From Octopus vulgaris (Eukaryota): a DNA stretch of 64,000 nt. Location: contig OX597818.1 of the NCBI GenBank assembly GCA_951406725.2, positions 143,158,001 through 143,222,000 on the forward strand, written 5' to 3'. Both the position numbers and the translations under genes were made by a program. The notes under the pieces were generated by a model. That model saw nothing but the letters and a program-made list of their open reading frames with translations, was not told the origin of the DNA and searched no databases. Positions 15,247-28,324 of the stretch are shown here, in pieces. How positions within the stretch are numbered: position 1 is the first letter of the stretch; the number at the start of each line of letters is the position of its first letter.

Positions 15247-15279
<33 letters not shown>

Positions 15280-15520
15280 CACACACACACCCGAGCGTAT
15301 ATAGCCATGCATATATATATATATATGTATGTATAAACAAACATACGTACTAGTTAATTTTCATTTTAGTAGGTAAATGCATTTAGTTGCAAAGATTAAG
15401 GAGAAAACGAGAAGGTACTTGTGTTATAAGGTACATCGCAAAAGAATGTCGTGTTGCATTCGATACATGACATGTAACACAGTACAATGTAATTATGAAA
15501 ACGATAAGGTCGATTGTTAC

Positions 15521-15554
<34 letters not shown>

Positions 15555-15696
15555 GTATAGAGAGAGAGAGAGAGAGGTAGATTTACATACACATGCAGAC
15601 ACTTGTGTGCGTGTGTATGCATGTATGTATGTATGTGTGTAGGATCGTATGTATGCATGATGGGTATAAACAAATAGATATATGTTATTTAATTAC

Positions 15697-15752
15697 CTGA
15701 TCCTTTGGGCTTTCTGTGCAGGCACGATCACGGCGCTGGTAAGCTGGTACAT
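15697..15752 (-). CDS. Candidate first coding exon of an unidentified gene (MYQLTSAVIVPAQKAQRI, phase 2)
   Basis: CAAACATG start context, 18 open codons plus AG, then donor CAG|GTAATT. It sits in non-repetitive, CpG-retaining sequence downstream of an E-box cluster. No homology recognised. Confidence 0.4.
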
Positions 15753-16260
15753 GTTTGTAGAAAGAGACAGAAGAAGGCAGAGCAAAACTGACTGAATGGG
15801 TCCCAAGTAGCAGGAAAAAAAAAAAAAAAAAGTAATGTAGGAACTAGGGTGTAACTTTAAAAGCCCCACCAACTAGTAGCAGGTTACCGACTATCGGGCC
15901 TTCTTCGTTAAACATGCTCGATTCATCGACGAAGCTACTTCTATCTAAACCTTCTTCACCGTCTCTCTCTCTCTCTCTCTCTCTCTTTCAACAGTCTTTA
16001 ATATATGCAGGCTTCTCCTGCTCCTCCCCCATTCATTAAGCTATTCACTCTACTGTTACCACCACTCTCTACCTACTACTACTACTTATGCAATTAACGA
16101 GCAGAAGCACGCTTAGGTTCACGAAAATAAATATCCGTCTGTGGAAAACCCAGAGAGCATCTGCTCAGCTACAGATGACGATTGTTTCACTAAAACCTTC
16201 GACAAAGATCTGTTGCACAAATACATGAAATTTCGATTGCATTTCTGCACCCAAAACATG

Positions 16261-16296
16261 ATCACGTGACAAGTCACATGATTTGTGTCACATGAT
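16261..16296. promoter_or_regulatory. Cluster of three E-boxes (CLEAR/M-box-like; MiT-TFE/USF type)
   Basis: ATCACGTGAC, GTCACATGAT and GTCACATGAT within 36 bp. Confidence 0.5.
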
Positions 16297-17127
16297 TTAA
16301 TCTTAATCTTTCATTTTCTCTGAACAATACTAACTGGCAGAATGATGCTTACTATATTTTTTTTTATTATACCAAGTTTTTATTTTTTCCTTTTATTATA
16401 TATATATTTTTTTTTTTGCCTGATTTGTTTGCTTTTTCTCTCTTTTTATTTTAGTTTTTACCTAATAACATAAAGAGATTTTTACTCTGCTACTGATCTG
16501 CTAATGTTCATCATCATCATCATCATCATCATCAGTATGTATGTATTGTATGTATGTATTGTATGTATGTGTGTATGTATGTATGTATGTGTGTGTACGT
16601 ATGTATGTATGTATGTATGTATGTATGTATGTAGGTATGTATCAGAGCATGTAAACTGACTGAATGGGTCCCAAGTAGCAGGAAAAAAAAAAAAAAAAGT
16701 AATGTAGGAACTAGGGTGTAACTTTAAAAGCCCCACCAACTAGTAGCAGGTTACCGACTATCGGGCCTTCTTCGTTAAACATGCTCGATTCATCGACGAA
16801 GCTACTTCTATCTAAACCTTCTTCACCGTCTCTCTCTCTCTCTCTCTCTCTCTTTCAACAGTCTTTAATATATGCAGGCTTCTCCTGCTCCTCCCCCATT
16901 CATTAAGCTATTCACTCTACTGTTACCACCACTCTCTACCTACTACTACTACTTATGCAATTAACGAGCAGAAGCACGCTTAGGTTCACGAAAATAAATA
17001 TCCGTCTGTGGAAAAACCAGAGAGCATCTGCTCAGCTACAGATGACGATTGTTTCACTAAAACCTTCGACAAAGATCTGTTGCACAAATACATGAAATTT
17101 CGATTGCATTTCTGCACCCAAAACATG

Positions 17128-17163
17128 ATCACGTGACAAGTCACATGATTTGTGTCACATGAT
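17128..17163. promoter_or_regulatory. Duplicate of the E-box/CLEAR cluster
   Basis: Identical to 16261-16296. Confidence 0.5.
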
Positions 17164-18275
17164 TTAATCTTAATCTTTCATTTTCTCTGAACAATACTAA
17201 CTGGCAGAATGATGCTTACTATATTTTTTTTTATTATACCAAGTTTTTATTTTTTCCTTTTATTATATATATATTTTTTTGCCTGATTTGTTTGCTTTTT
17301 CTCTCTTTTTATTTTAGTTTTTACCTAATAACATAAAGAGATTTTTACTCTGCTACTGATCTGCTAATGTTCATCATCATCATCATCATCATCATCAGTA
17401 TGTATGTATTGTATGTATGTATTGTATGTATGTGTGTATGTATGTATGTGTGTGTGTGTACGTATGTATGTATGTATGTATGTGTGTATGTATGTGTGTA
17501 TGTATGTATGTATGTATGTCATTGTTCAATTTTATTTCAAGATTTCTTGCCAATAGAGAAAGAGCCGGATTCTAACAAAGATCCAAGGCTCTTTCATTGG
17601 AATTACATCAGCAGGGTATTTTTGTTTCTATATATGTATGTTTGTATGTACATATGAATGCATGCATGCATCTATACATACATACATACATACATACATA
17701 CATACATACATTCACAATACATACATACATATATACATCATCATCATTATCGCTTAACGTCTATTTTCCATGCTAGCATGGGTTGGACGGTTCAACTGGG
17801 GTCTGGGAAGCCAAAAGGCTGCGCCAGGCCCAGTCTGATCTGGCAGTGTTTCTACAGCTGGATGCCCTTCCTAATGCCAACAATATGTACATTTATACAT
17901 CATCATTTTAAAATTCATTTTTCCATGCTTCCACAGGCCAGATGGAGTTTATTGAGGCAAATTTTCTACAGTTGAATGCCATTTTTGTTGTCAGTCCTCA
18001 CCTGTTTCCAAACAAGGTAATATAATCCCATGGTCAGATGTGTTTTTGAAGAATATAGTAGGTGAATGGCACTGCTTGTATGACAGCGATAATCATTTAC
18101 AACTATTATATGATGTCAAGACAAGGAGATACACAAATTCATCTATGTGACTGTTGTGGAAAGAAGTTTGATTCTCAACCACACGATTCCAGGTTTCTTC
18201 TACTGTACCTTTGGGCCGACTGAATCATTGTGAGTGGATTTGGTAGATGGAAACTGAAAGGAGCCTGTAGTATAT

Positions 18276-18860
18276 ATCATCGTCATCATCATCATCATCG
18301 TCTGTTTTCCATGCTGGCATGTGTTGGACAGTTTGACTGGGGACTGGCAATCCAGGAGGCTGCACCAGGCTGGATGCCCTTCCTAATGCCAACCACTCCA
18401 AGAGTGTAGTGAGTGCTTTTAACATGCCAGTGGCACAGGAGCTAGTCAGGCAGTACTGGCATCAGCCATGTTTGGATAGTGCTTTTTACATGCTACCAGC
18501 ACAGGAGCCAGGTGGGGCGGTAGGGCTGGCATTGACTACGTTGGCATGGTGCTTTTTACGTGCCACCGGCACGGGAAGCCAGTCAAGCAGTACTGGCAAT
18601 GACCCATGCATGAATGGTGCTTATTACATGCCACCAGCATGGGAGCCAGTCAGGCAACACTGGCATCGGCCACAACTACAATTTCCATTTGATTTGATCT
18701 GATTTTGATTTTGATTTTACTTGACTCAATGGGTCTCCTCAAGCATGGCATGTCGACAATTCAAAGGTACTTTTTAAATGGGCTGGTTATGCAACACTGG
18801 TGTAGTCTATGGCTGTGATTTCGCTTTACTTGTTGGGTCTTCTCAATCACAGCATATACG
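18276..18860 (-). mobile_element. Decayed SINE family C copy
   Basis: (CAT)n tail, GGATGCCCTTCCTAATGCC and internal units; CpG-decayed. Confidence 0.7.
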
Positions 18861-19017
18861 TGTGTGTGTGTGTGTTTTGATATTTTGTTTAGGCATTGCG
18901 ATACTAATAACCTGGTGTAGAACTCAATATGCGCATGCTTCTGAGTGAGACTTTAATTGAGTACAGAGTGGTAATAAGAAAAGAGATGACAGCAGAATAA
19001 ACAATTATCTAATGCAC

Positions 19018-19098
19018 AGCTTACAGTTGTTTCCGCTATAATATGCAGTGCACTCAAAGTTGAGTGCCTGAGTAACACCTTACTCTTTCATCAGAGCC
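19018..19098 (-). ncRNA. Hammerhead motif with a branched, expanded stem II
   Basis: Minus strand: ggct-CTGATGA-aa[GAGTAA ggtg TTACTC]ag[GCACTCAA ct TTGAGTGC]...GAAAC-aact-GTA-agct. Confidence 0.55.
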
Positions 19099-19212
19099 TC
19101 AGCCATGAAGTAGATATGCACTCACACATGCATAAAGCGTAATGAAGCACACACATTTGTGCTCTAACATGACATGCTTGCCTACTTTCATGTCAGCGTT
19201 CATCTGCATGTG

Positions 19213-19593
19213 GAAGCACTCCGTCAGTTCCGACGATGAGGGTTCCGGCTGATTGGAATCAACGGAACAGCCTGCTCATGAAATTAACGTGTAAGTGGCT
19301 GAGCACTCCACAGACACGTGTACCCTTAACGTAGTCCTTGGAGAGATTCAGCGTGACACAGAGAGTGACAAGGCCGGCCCCTTGAAATACAGGTACAACA
19401 GAAACAGGAAGTAAGAGTGAGAGAAAGTTGTGGTGAAAGAGTACAGCAGGGATCACCACCATCCCCTGCCGGAGACTCGTGGAGCTTTAGGTGTTTTCGC
19501 TCAATAAACACTCACAACGCCCGGTCTGGGAATCGAAACTGCGATCCTATGACCGTGAGTCCGCTGCCCTAACCACTGGGCCATTGTGCCTCC
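19213..19593 (-). mobile_element. Full-length tRNA-derived SINE family B
   Basis: Head GGAGGCACAATGGCCCAGTGGTTAGG...TTCGATTCC. 12-bp TSD CATCTGCATGTG at 19201-19212 and 19595-19606. Confidence 0.9.
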
Positions 19594-20094
19594 ACATCTG
19601 CATGTGCACACATGCATACATCAATGAATTCAGATAACCACAAACCCCATGTAGCCAAAAATGCCTTGCTACTTAGTGACCAGCTAAAATTTTGCGTGAA
19701 AAAAAAGCTTAAATAAATCTCAAAGAACCAACCATATGTATGTTTAAATGCTTATGTATGTATCATCATAATCATCATTAAAGTCCCTTTCCATGTTGGT
19801 ATGCATTGGATAGATTGACAGGAGTTGGTGAGCCAGAAGACTATCCGTCATAGCATGATTTCTATGGCTGGATGGCCTTCCTAATGCCAACTACATATCT
19901 ATGCATGTATGTATGTGTGTATATGTCGTATGTATGTGTGTGTGTGTGTCTGTATATGTGATTGTGTGTGTGTGTGTACATGCACACATACATATACATC
20001 TATATGTGAAGAGAGGGACAGAAATGGATGTCTTGCAGTAAAGTAGATACAAAGCTACTCCAGTTGGAAAAAGAAAGAGGAAAGGAGAAGAGAC

Positions 20095-21092
20095 AGGGGG
20101 GAGAGAAATATAAAGAGAGAGAGAGGGAGAGAAATATAAAGAGAGAGAGGAGGAGAGAAAGATAAAGAGAGAGAGAGAGGGAGAGAAATATAAAGAGAGA
20201 GAGAGGGAGAGAAATATAAAGAGAGAGAGGAGGAGAGAAAGATAAAGAGAGAGAGAGAGGGAGAGAAATATAAAGAGAGAGAGAGGGAGAGAAATATAAA
20301 GAGAGAGAGAGGGAGAGAAATATAAAGAGAGAGAGGAGGAGAGAAATATAAAGAGAGAGAGAGGGAGAGAAATATAAAGAGAGAGAGAGAGGGAGAGAAA
20401 TATAAAGAGAGAGAGAGAGGGAGAGAAATATAAAGAGAGAGAGAGGGAGAGAAATATAAAGAGAGAGAGAGAGGGAGAGAAATATAAAGAGAGAGAGAGG
20501 GAGAGAAATATAAAGAGAGAGAGGAGGAGAGAAATATAAAGAGAGAGAGAGAGGGAGAGAGAGAGGGAGGGAGAGAAATATAAAGAGAGAGAGGAGGAGA
20601 GAAAGATAAAGAGAGAGAGAGAGGGAGAGAAATATAAAGAGAGAGAGAGGGAGAGAAATATAAAGAGAGAGAGAGGGAGAGAAATATAAAGAGAGAGAGG
20701 AGGAGAGAAATATAAAGAGAGAGAGAGGGAGAGAAATATAAAGAGAGAGAGGAGGAGAGAAATATAAAGAGAGAGAGGAGGAGAGAAATATAAAGAGAGA
20801 GAGGAGGAGAGAAAGATAAAGAGAGAGAGAGAGAGGGAGAGAAAGAGAAAGAGAGAGAGAAGGGGGAGAAAAATAAAGAGAGAGAGAAGGAGAGAAATAT
20901 AAAGAGAGAGAGAGAGGGAGAGGGAGAGAAATATAAAGAGAGAGGGAGAGGGAGAGAAAGATAAAGAGAGAGAAGGGAGAGAAATATAAAGAGAGAGAGA
21001 AGGAAAGAAATCTAAAGAGAGAGAGAGAGGGAGAGGGAGAGAAATATAAAGAGAGAGGGGGGAGAGAAATAGAAAGAGAGAGAGAGAGAAGA
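20095..21092. repeat. Purine-rich minisatellite, unit ~GGAGAGAAATATAAA(GA)n of 26-30 bp
   Basis: About 35 directly visible copies. Confidence 0.95.
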
Positions 21093-21468
21093 CAATGATG
21101 TGTCAGGGCATATCCTCAAGTTATGGAGACATGTAAGTGAAAAGTGGATAGGGTGGGTGGACAGGTAAGTTGATGAGAATGTAAAAGATGGAGGGGAAGG
21201 GAATGCAGTGGGTGAGCATAGGTGGAGGAAGAGGGGTTAGGAAGATGGGTTGTGAGGGAGAGAGGCTCGGCAGGGACAGATTGTATGCAGGTAAATTTGT
21301 GAGAATGTGAAGCAGAGAGTGAAAGGTAGAGAAGGCTGGGAATAAATACATTGTGTAGTAAACACAGGTAGAGAGAGGGGGGTGTTAGGAACATGAGTTT
21401 TTGGGGAGAGATTTATCAAGGACAGATGTGCAGGGGCATAGACATAAACAACACGTTTTAGGGTCTCA

Positions 21469-21842
21469 CTAGCAGTATCGCCCAGCGTTGCTCAGGTTTG
21501 TAAGGGAAATAACTATAAAGCATTTTTAGAGAGTTATAGCCAAAAAAATGGAAAAAAATGATGGTAAATTTCTTTTGAGATTTAAAAAAGGTGGAGTTGC
21601 GTCCCCTAGACAGTTTGTGGTTCGTGTTTCTGATTCTCGACCCCATGTCGAATTTATCGATTTTTTTCAGAACTGGGGGAACTTTTCAAAATTTTCGCTG
21701 CGTTAGTTTTGAATTATGACATTGGGCTATGTGTGTGTCAAGTTTCATCAGAATCGGTTGAAAGCCGTGGTCAGGGTGAGGGTACAAGCAAACAGACACA
21801 CAGAAACACGCACAGACAAACTGCCGTTTATATAGAGAGAGA
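21469..21842 (-). mobile_element. Non-autonomous Helitron
   Basis: The minus strand begins TC(TCTCTCTATATAAACGGC) and ends with hairpin CCTGAGCAACGCTGGG then CTAG. Inserted between A and T with no TSD. Confidence 0.85.
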
Positions 21843-22326
21843 TTTTGCTCAGATAGACAGGCCTTCTTTAGCATTGCAAAACCCTAATCATCCTTCTATC
21901 ACCTCAGTCATTTTCCACCACTTTATACCCATCTACCTGGGTTTCCTTCTTTCTCAAATTTCATCCACATTTACTGATTGGCACTTCTTTACACGGCTAT
22001 CCTCATCCACTTGCATCACGTAACCATTCCAACATGGTCTTCTGTCTTGCACACTCTACATATGGTGCTTCTTATGTACAAGTTTTCTCTCAACACACTT
22101 ACAGTTTGTCATATTTGTACACGCAGACATTGCATGTTAACGGAGCATGCTAGCTTACAAAATAAGTCCTGAGGTCGATTTTTTCAACTAAAATCTTTCA
22201 AAGGGTGCTCCAGTATGGCTGCAGTCAAATGACTGCAACAAATAAAAGAATAACAGAATATATTGTTGACACTACTGTCATAGATGACAGATGAACTTTT
22301 TGCAATTTCTTGCTGGAAAACCTGCA

Positions 22327-22712
22327 CAGAAACGTTAGCATGCCGGGCGAAATACTTAGCGGTATTTCATCTGCCGCTACGTTCTGAGTTCAAATTCAGC
22401 CGAGGTCGACTTTGCCTTTCATCCTTTCAGGGTCAATAAATAAAGTACCAGTTATGCACTGGGATTGATGTAATCGACTTAATCCCTTTGTCTGTCCTTG
22501 TTTGTCCCCTCTGTGTTTAGCCCCTTGTGGGCAATAATGAAATAGGTATTACACCTGTCTTTACGTTCTGAGTTCAATCTCTGCTGATGTCAACTTTGCC
22601 TTTCATCCTTTCGGAGTTGATGAATTAAGTACCAGTTGTGTACTGAGGTTGATCTAATCGACTGGTCTCCTCCCCAAAAATTTCAGGCCTTGTGCCTTGA
22701 GTAGCAAAGGAT
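22327..22712 (+). mobile_element. Deu/Nin-domain SINE with two internal units
   Basis: Same family as 906-1671. Confidence 0.85.
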
Positions 22713-24424
22713 TGTGATTAAAGAGCAAGTGTTTGTATGGTACATTAGCTCACTTCTATCAAATTGATATTCCCTGTGCAGTTGCATGGCGTACCATCAT
22801 CTGGGTATTAAAGCAATATGAAATGAAATATTTTGCTCAAGAACACAGGAACTGAATCCACAATCTTGCAATCATGAGTGCAACATCCTAACTGCTTGGT
22901 CATGTGCTCTCACACGTGTGCACGCACACATACATACACACACACATGTATGTGTGTGTGTGCATATATGTAAATATGTGTGTGTGTGTATGTATATATA
23001 TACATATAGGTATGTGTGTGTGTGTAAAAATCATCATCATTATCATCATAATCATTTAACGCCTGCTTTCCATGCTGGCATCGGTTCGATGGTTTGACTG
23101 AGGCCTGGCAAGCCAGAGGCTGCACCAGGATCCAATCTGATCTGTTAAGGTTTCTACAGCCAGATGCCCTTCGTAACACCAACTACTTCGAGAGTATAGT
23201 GGGTGGTTTTTATGTGCCACCAGCACACGACCCAGTCAGGTGGCACTGGCATTGACCACACTCGAATGGTGCTTTTTATGTGCCCCCAGCACGCGAGCCA
23301 GTCAGGCGGCACTGGCATCGACCACGCTCGAATGGTGCCTTTTACGTGTCACCAGCAAATAATATTTCTCTGTGTGTGTGTATATCCATACATTCATACA
23401 CACTAATAAATAGATGAGTATATAAAATATAAAGCTGAAAAAAGGAGAAAAAACCCAGATATTTTCGTTTATAGTTGATTTTTATACTTTAAAGCATAAA
23501 TGTAATTTTCGGTCTAAAAATATCTCATTTTATGACAAAAAAGTTATTAATTAAAATAAACACTATATTTTCCCCCATCCCTTTATAAATTAATTTTATC
23601 TTCAATACAACTCTCTTCCTTCAATTCCACTCCCTTAGTCATCATAACTATTATTATTATTATTATTTTTGTCTATGTTAGAAATCCTTTAAGAAAACCT
23701 CCTCCCCATCAACCTCCTCCTCATCATTTTCCATCCTCATCATCATCATCATCACCATCATCTTTCCTTTCCATTTTATTTCATTTCCATAATGACAAGG
23801 CTGCGGTAGAAACTATTTGTTGCCCTAATTTCTATGGACCCACCTTCCTTTTTTGAAACAAAAAAAGAAAATGAAGAAATTAAAATTTGAGGAAAGGAAT
23901 AGGGAGAATAAGGGGAAAGAAGTGACGGAAAAAAAAAAAAAATGTTAGCGGATGTTGCATTAACCCCTTTCACACATCCCCCAACCTAATATTTTCTGTG
24001 TTCATTCTGCAAAAACAATCAATAAAATGAAGTATTTATAGATTTAAATCTTTCAGCAAGAAGAAAATAAATAAATATATATATAAATAAATTAAATGAA
24101 TAAATAAATAAAATCAAAATATAAACCCTATCTATGTAATTATAGGGAAAAATCAATATGTGTTAAGTTGATTGATTAAGAAATACAGAACAAGGGAAAG
24201 GTATACCAGTTTTTTTATGACTAGCTAAATAGAAAATGACAGGAATTTTTAACATGCCTACTAATGTATCTATGTGTGCGTACAAATGCTTGCATGTACA
24301 TGTGTAACCATACACTCATAGATATACGAATACATACTTCTACACACACACACAGATATATGTGAGAGTGTCTATATATAAATATATTTAAATATGTGTG
24401 TGTGTGTATGTTTTTATATATATT

Positions 24425-24825
24425 CTTTTATTCTTTTATTTGTGTCAGTCATTTGAGTGTGGCCACGCTGGAGCACCACCTTAAGGGGTTTTAGTCAAAC
24501 AATTCAACCCCAGAATATATTATTTGTAAACCTAGTACTTATTCTATCAGTCTCTTTTGCCGAACCACTAAGTTACAGGGACATAACACACCAACATCGG
24601 TTGTCATGTGATGGTGAGGGAACAATTGTAGACACAAACACACGAATATATATAAACATATATATATATATATGGCAAGCTTCTTTTAGTTTCCAATTAC
24701 CAAATCCACTCACAAGGCTTTGGTTGGCCTGAGGCTATAGTAGAAGACACTTGCCTCAAGGTGCCATGCAGTGGGACCAAACCCGGAACCATGTGATTAG
24801 GAATCAACCTTCTTACCACACAGTC
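24425..24825 (-). mobile_element. tRNA-derived CORE-type SINE family A
   Basis: GGCACCTTGAGGCAAGTGTCTTCT core, internal (TA)n and tail GGTGCTCCAGC.TGGCC. Confidence 0.8.
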
Positions 24826-24879
<54 letters not shown>

Positions 24880-26404
24880 CATTATCATCATCATCATATA
24901 AAATGAACATTAAATGATGATGATGATATTCATTATGAGTGATAAAAAGAAGTATTAGTTCAAAATAGCAATCTATGTATCATATTTCAAGTACACACAC
25001 ACACACGCACATGCATGATGGGCTTCTTTCAGTTTCTATCAACCAAATCCACTCAGAAGGCTTTAGTCAGCCTGAGGTTATAGTAGAAGACACTTGTTCA
25101 AGGTGTCAGGCAGTGGGACTGAACCCAGAACCATGTGGTTGGGAAGCAAACTCCTTACCACACAGCTACGAATAAATCAATTCACCCCATCATAACTGTA
25201 ATTTCTCTCAAAACACTTCACCTAGTCATTACTCTCATTCTTTCCTATTCTCTCTTTTAGTTGTGGAGGCTCTTTTATGAAACACTTTACAAGGCAACCT
25301 CATTAGTACTTGCAGCATGGAAAACAGACCTAGAACATTCCGTCAAGTGCTTAGAAAATTGAACAGAGACAGTACAGAGTTGAGAAGATACTTTAGTTTT
25401 GTTGAACACAAGAAAACTCTATAGTGTTGATGCCAATAAAAAAGAAAAAAATGCCCCCCCCCCTCCTACCCTCTCCATCACTGCCAGTGAGTTCTGCAAA
25501 GTGGTCGGTGCTAGGAGGGGCATCCAATCATAGAAACTAAGCCAGAAATTGAGACATTAGAGTTATATGTGGTCTTCCAACACATTGGATCCTGTTGAAC
25601 CATTGAGCTTATGCCAGGATGGCAAGTGGATGTAATATGATGATGATGATTATGATAGGGATATATATATATAAATGAACATTAAATGAATATTAAATGA
25701 TGATTATGATATTCATTTTGAGAGATAAAAAGAAGTATTAGTTAAAAATAGCAATCTATGTATCATATTTAAAGTATACACACACACATGATGGGCTTAT
25801 CCCCATCATCATCAATGTCATCATCATGTTACATCCACTTGCCATCCTGACATAGGCTCAATGGTTCAACAGGATCCAATGTGTTGGAAGACCACACATA
25901 TATATATATATATATATACACATACATACATACATACATATATATATATATGTGTGTGTGTATGCATATGCATGTATATAGATATATATATGTGTGTATG
26001 TGTATGCTTAGGGAGAGATGTATAAATTCACATATATTATATTAAATAAACAAATAATATTTATCCCTCACCAGATGGAATATTTTTTTGTAGGTCTTAC
26101 CCTCATGGAACAGTACACTATATATATAAAACATAACACACACATACATACAAATACACACACACACACACACACATGTAATTGAAGCTAATTATATATG
26201 ATAGTTACCAATTCACTTGCTTTACTATTTGCTTTGGCAAGATCATTAATGCCATAACTTGCAATTTCCTCTGCTCCTCAAGATGGACCATATTACCTTT
26301 GATGAATATGGTCTCAAATGGCCGCATATTTGTCCATATTTATCATGTATACACATGGTATGAATGCACATGTATCTGTGTGTGTGTGTGTCTTTATGTG
26401 TATA

Positions 26405-27040
26405 TCATCATCATCATCATCATCGTTTAACGTCCGCTTTCCATGCTAGCATGGGTTGGACGGTTCAACTGGGGTCTGGCAAGCCAGAAGGCTGCATCAG
26501 GCCCAGTCTGATCTGGCAGTGTTTCTACAACTGGGTGCCCTTCCTAACGCCAACCACTCCGAGAGTGTAGTGGGTGATTTTATGTGCCACCGACACAGGT
26601 GCCAGACGAGGCTGGCAGACGGCCACGCTCGGATGGTGTTTTTTATGTGCCACCGACACAGGTGCCAGACGAGGCTGGCAGACGGCCACGCTCGGATGGT
26701 GTTTTCTTATGTGCCACTGACACAGGTGCCAGACGAGGCTGGCGAACGGCCACACTCGGATGGTGTTTGTTACGTGCCCTCAGCACGGAGGCCAGTCGAT
26801 GCGGTACTGGCTACGGTCACGCTCGGATGGTTTTCTTATGTGCCACCGGCACTGGTACCACAAGGATACAAATTCCATTGATGTTCATCTATTTTGATTT
26901 GGTTTGATTTGATTTGATTTGATTTTCACTTGCCTCAACAGATCTTCACAAGTGTCACAAGAAGGAAGGTATGCACAGGTGGACTGACTACGTCCCAGGT
27001 AGGGGCCATGGGTTATGGCTTCACTAGTCTTGCCGGGTTC
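26405..27040 (-). mobile_element. SINE family C with near-identical ~63-bp internal tandem repeats
   Basis: TATGTGCCACCGACACAGGTGCCAGACGAGGCTGGC is repeated at ~26581, 26644 and 26708. Confidence 0.85.
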
Positions 27041-27212
27041 AGATATATACTGAATAGTATATATTTCTACAAACAGTAATGAAACTGGAATGTTTGATCA
27101 ACACCTTACATACAACGTCTGGTCATGCCGAACTTGTTAGGAGCAGGTAGAAGACAAACCATAATAGCAACCCTAAACCAATATTTTGATGAGTGATTAA
27201 AATCTTCAAAAT

Positions 27213-27632
27213 ATAGTAGAACCAATTCTACTATATGGCTCAGAAACCTGGACGTTATCAAAGAAGCTTGAGAGGCAGTTGGATGGAACCTACACTCGCC
27301 TCCTTATGAGAGCTCAAAATCTCTCGTGGATGCGTCATCCAACCAAAATGCAAATATATGGGAAACTACCACCTGTGTCATCTCTTGTGAAACGTAGGAG
27401 AGTCCAGTTTGCTGGACATTGTTGTAGAGCTGAAAAAGAAGTAATTTCTACTCTTCTCCTCTGGAAGCCATCTACTCGCAACACCAGAGGGCGCACACTC
27501 TCCTACCCTGATGTAATCTCCAGTGATACAGGCATCCAGCAACAGGACCTCCGTAATGCCATGATGGACCGTGAAGTCTGGCGTAGCATGGTAAATTCCA
27601 TTGTCTTGACCACGGTCGAACAATGATGATGA
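27213..27632 (+). mobile_element. 5'-truncated RTE-clade LINE 3' end
   Basis: IVEPILLYGSETWTL...LDGTYTRLLM...RRRVQFAGHC...AMMDREVW, followed by a (TGA)n tail. Confidence 0.9.
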
Positions 27633-28324
27633 AAGGTGCAAAACATGGCAATACATAGGTAGTCAATATGTGGTTATTTACCCTGCTAGAAATAGCAGAT
27701 AAATCAATCTCAAACACTGATATGCTATATATCATTGATGGGAGATTCAGCTGCTATGTCACTACTGGATTTCTGTCACTGAGGAGCCCAAAACAGGTAA
27801 AATCACATGATCTGGCAGTTTAGTGGCCATAGCAGACAGTTGCTGTCTGTCAACAATACAAACCCAGGTGCTCTTATGCACCATGAGTCGATATGAGAGG
27901 TCCACTCAGAGGAAGTAATGCAGTCATTTGTATGAAACTCACTCACACTCTGGATTTCCACTCATACTTCAAGATAAAAATTCACATGAGCCTCGGCTCA
28001 TACAAGAAATTACTTAAACAGCAGTGCACATGTACTGTGAGGTTCCACTCTATATATATTATCTATAGCATCATTTCTATGTATCTTTTTCCCATAGATT
28101 GGATTGGTCTTCTCCAGTACAACCTCTTACCATATTTGTTGCAGTCTTTTATGAGACCAGGAGATCATCTCATATCTGTCTGTTTTCTTCTGCAGCTGCC
28201 TTTCACTTCAATCACTTGACAATTCTTTATCTAGAAATAAATCCTTCGTACTTAACACATAATCATACTCGCTCAGTTTTCTTTCCTATACACTAAAGAT
28301 TATACCTGTTTGTATAACATATAA

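Larger units (their letters stand above)
15778..17519. repeat. Near-identical tandem duplication, unit ~868 bp
   Basis: AAACTGACTGAATGGGTCCC starts at both 15785 and 16653. The copies differ mainly in homopolymer and microsatellite length. Confidence 0.95.

Noticed and set aside
19259-19511. Recurrent ORFs MVVIPAVLFHH/MFIERKHLKL (three copies)
   Set aside because: They are chance frames within SINE family B.
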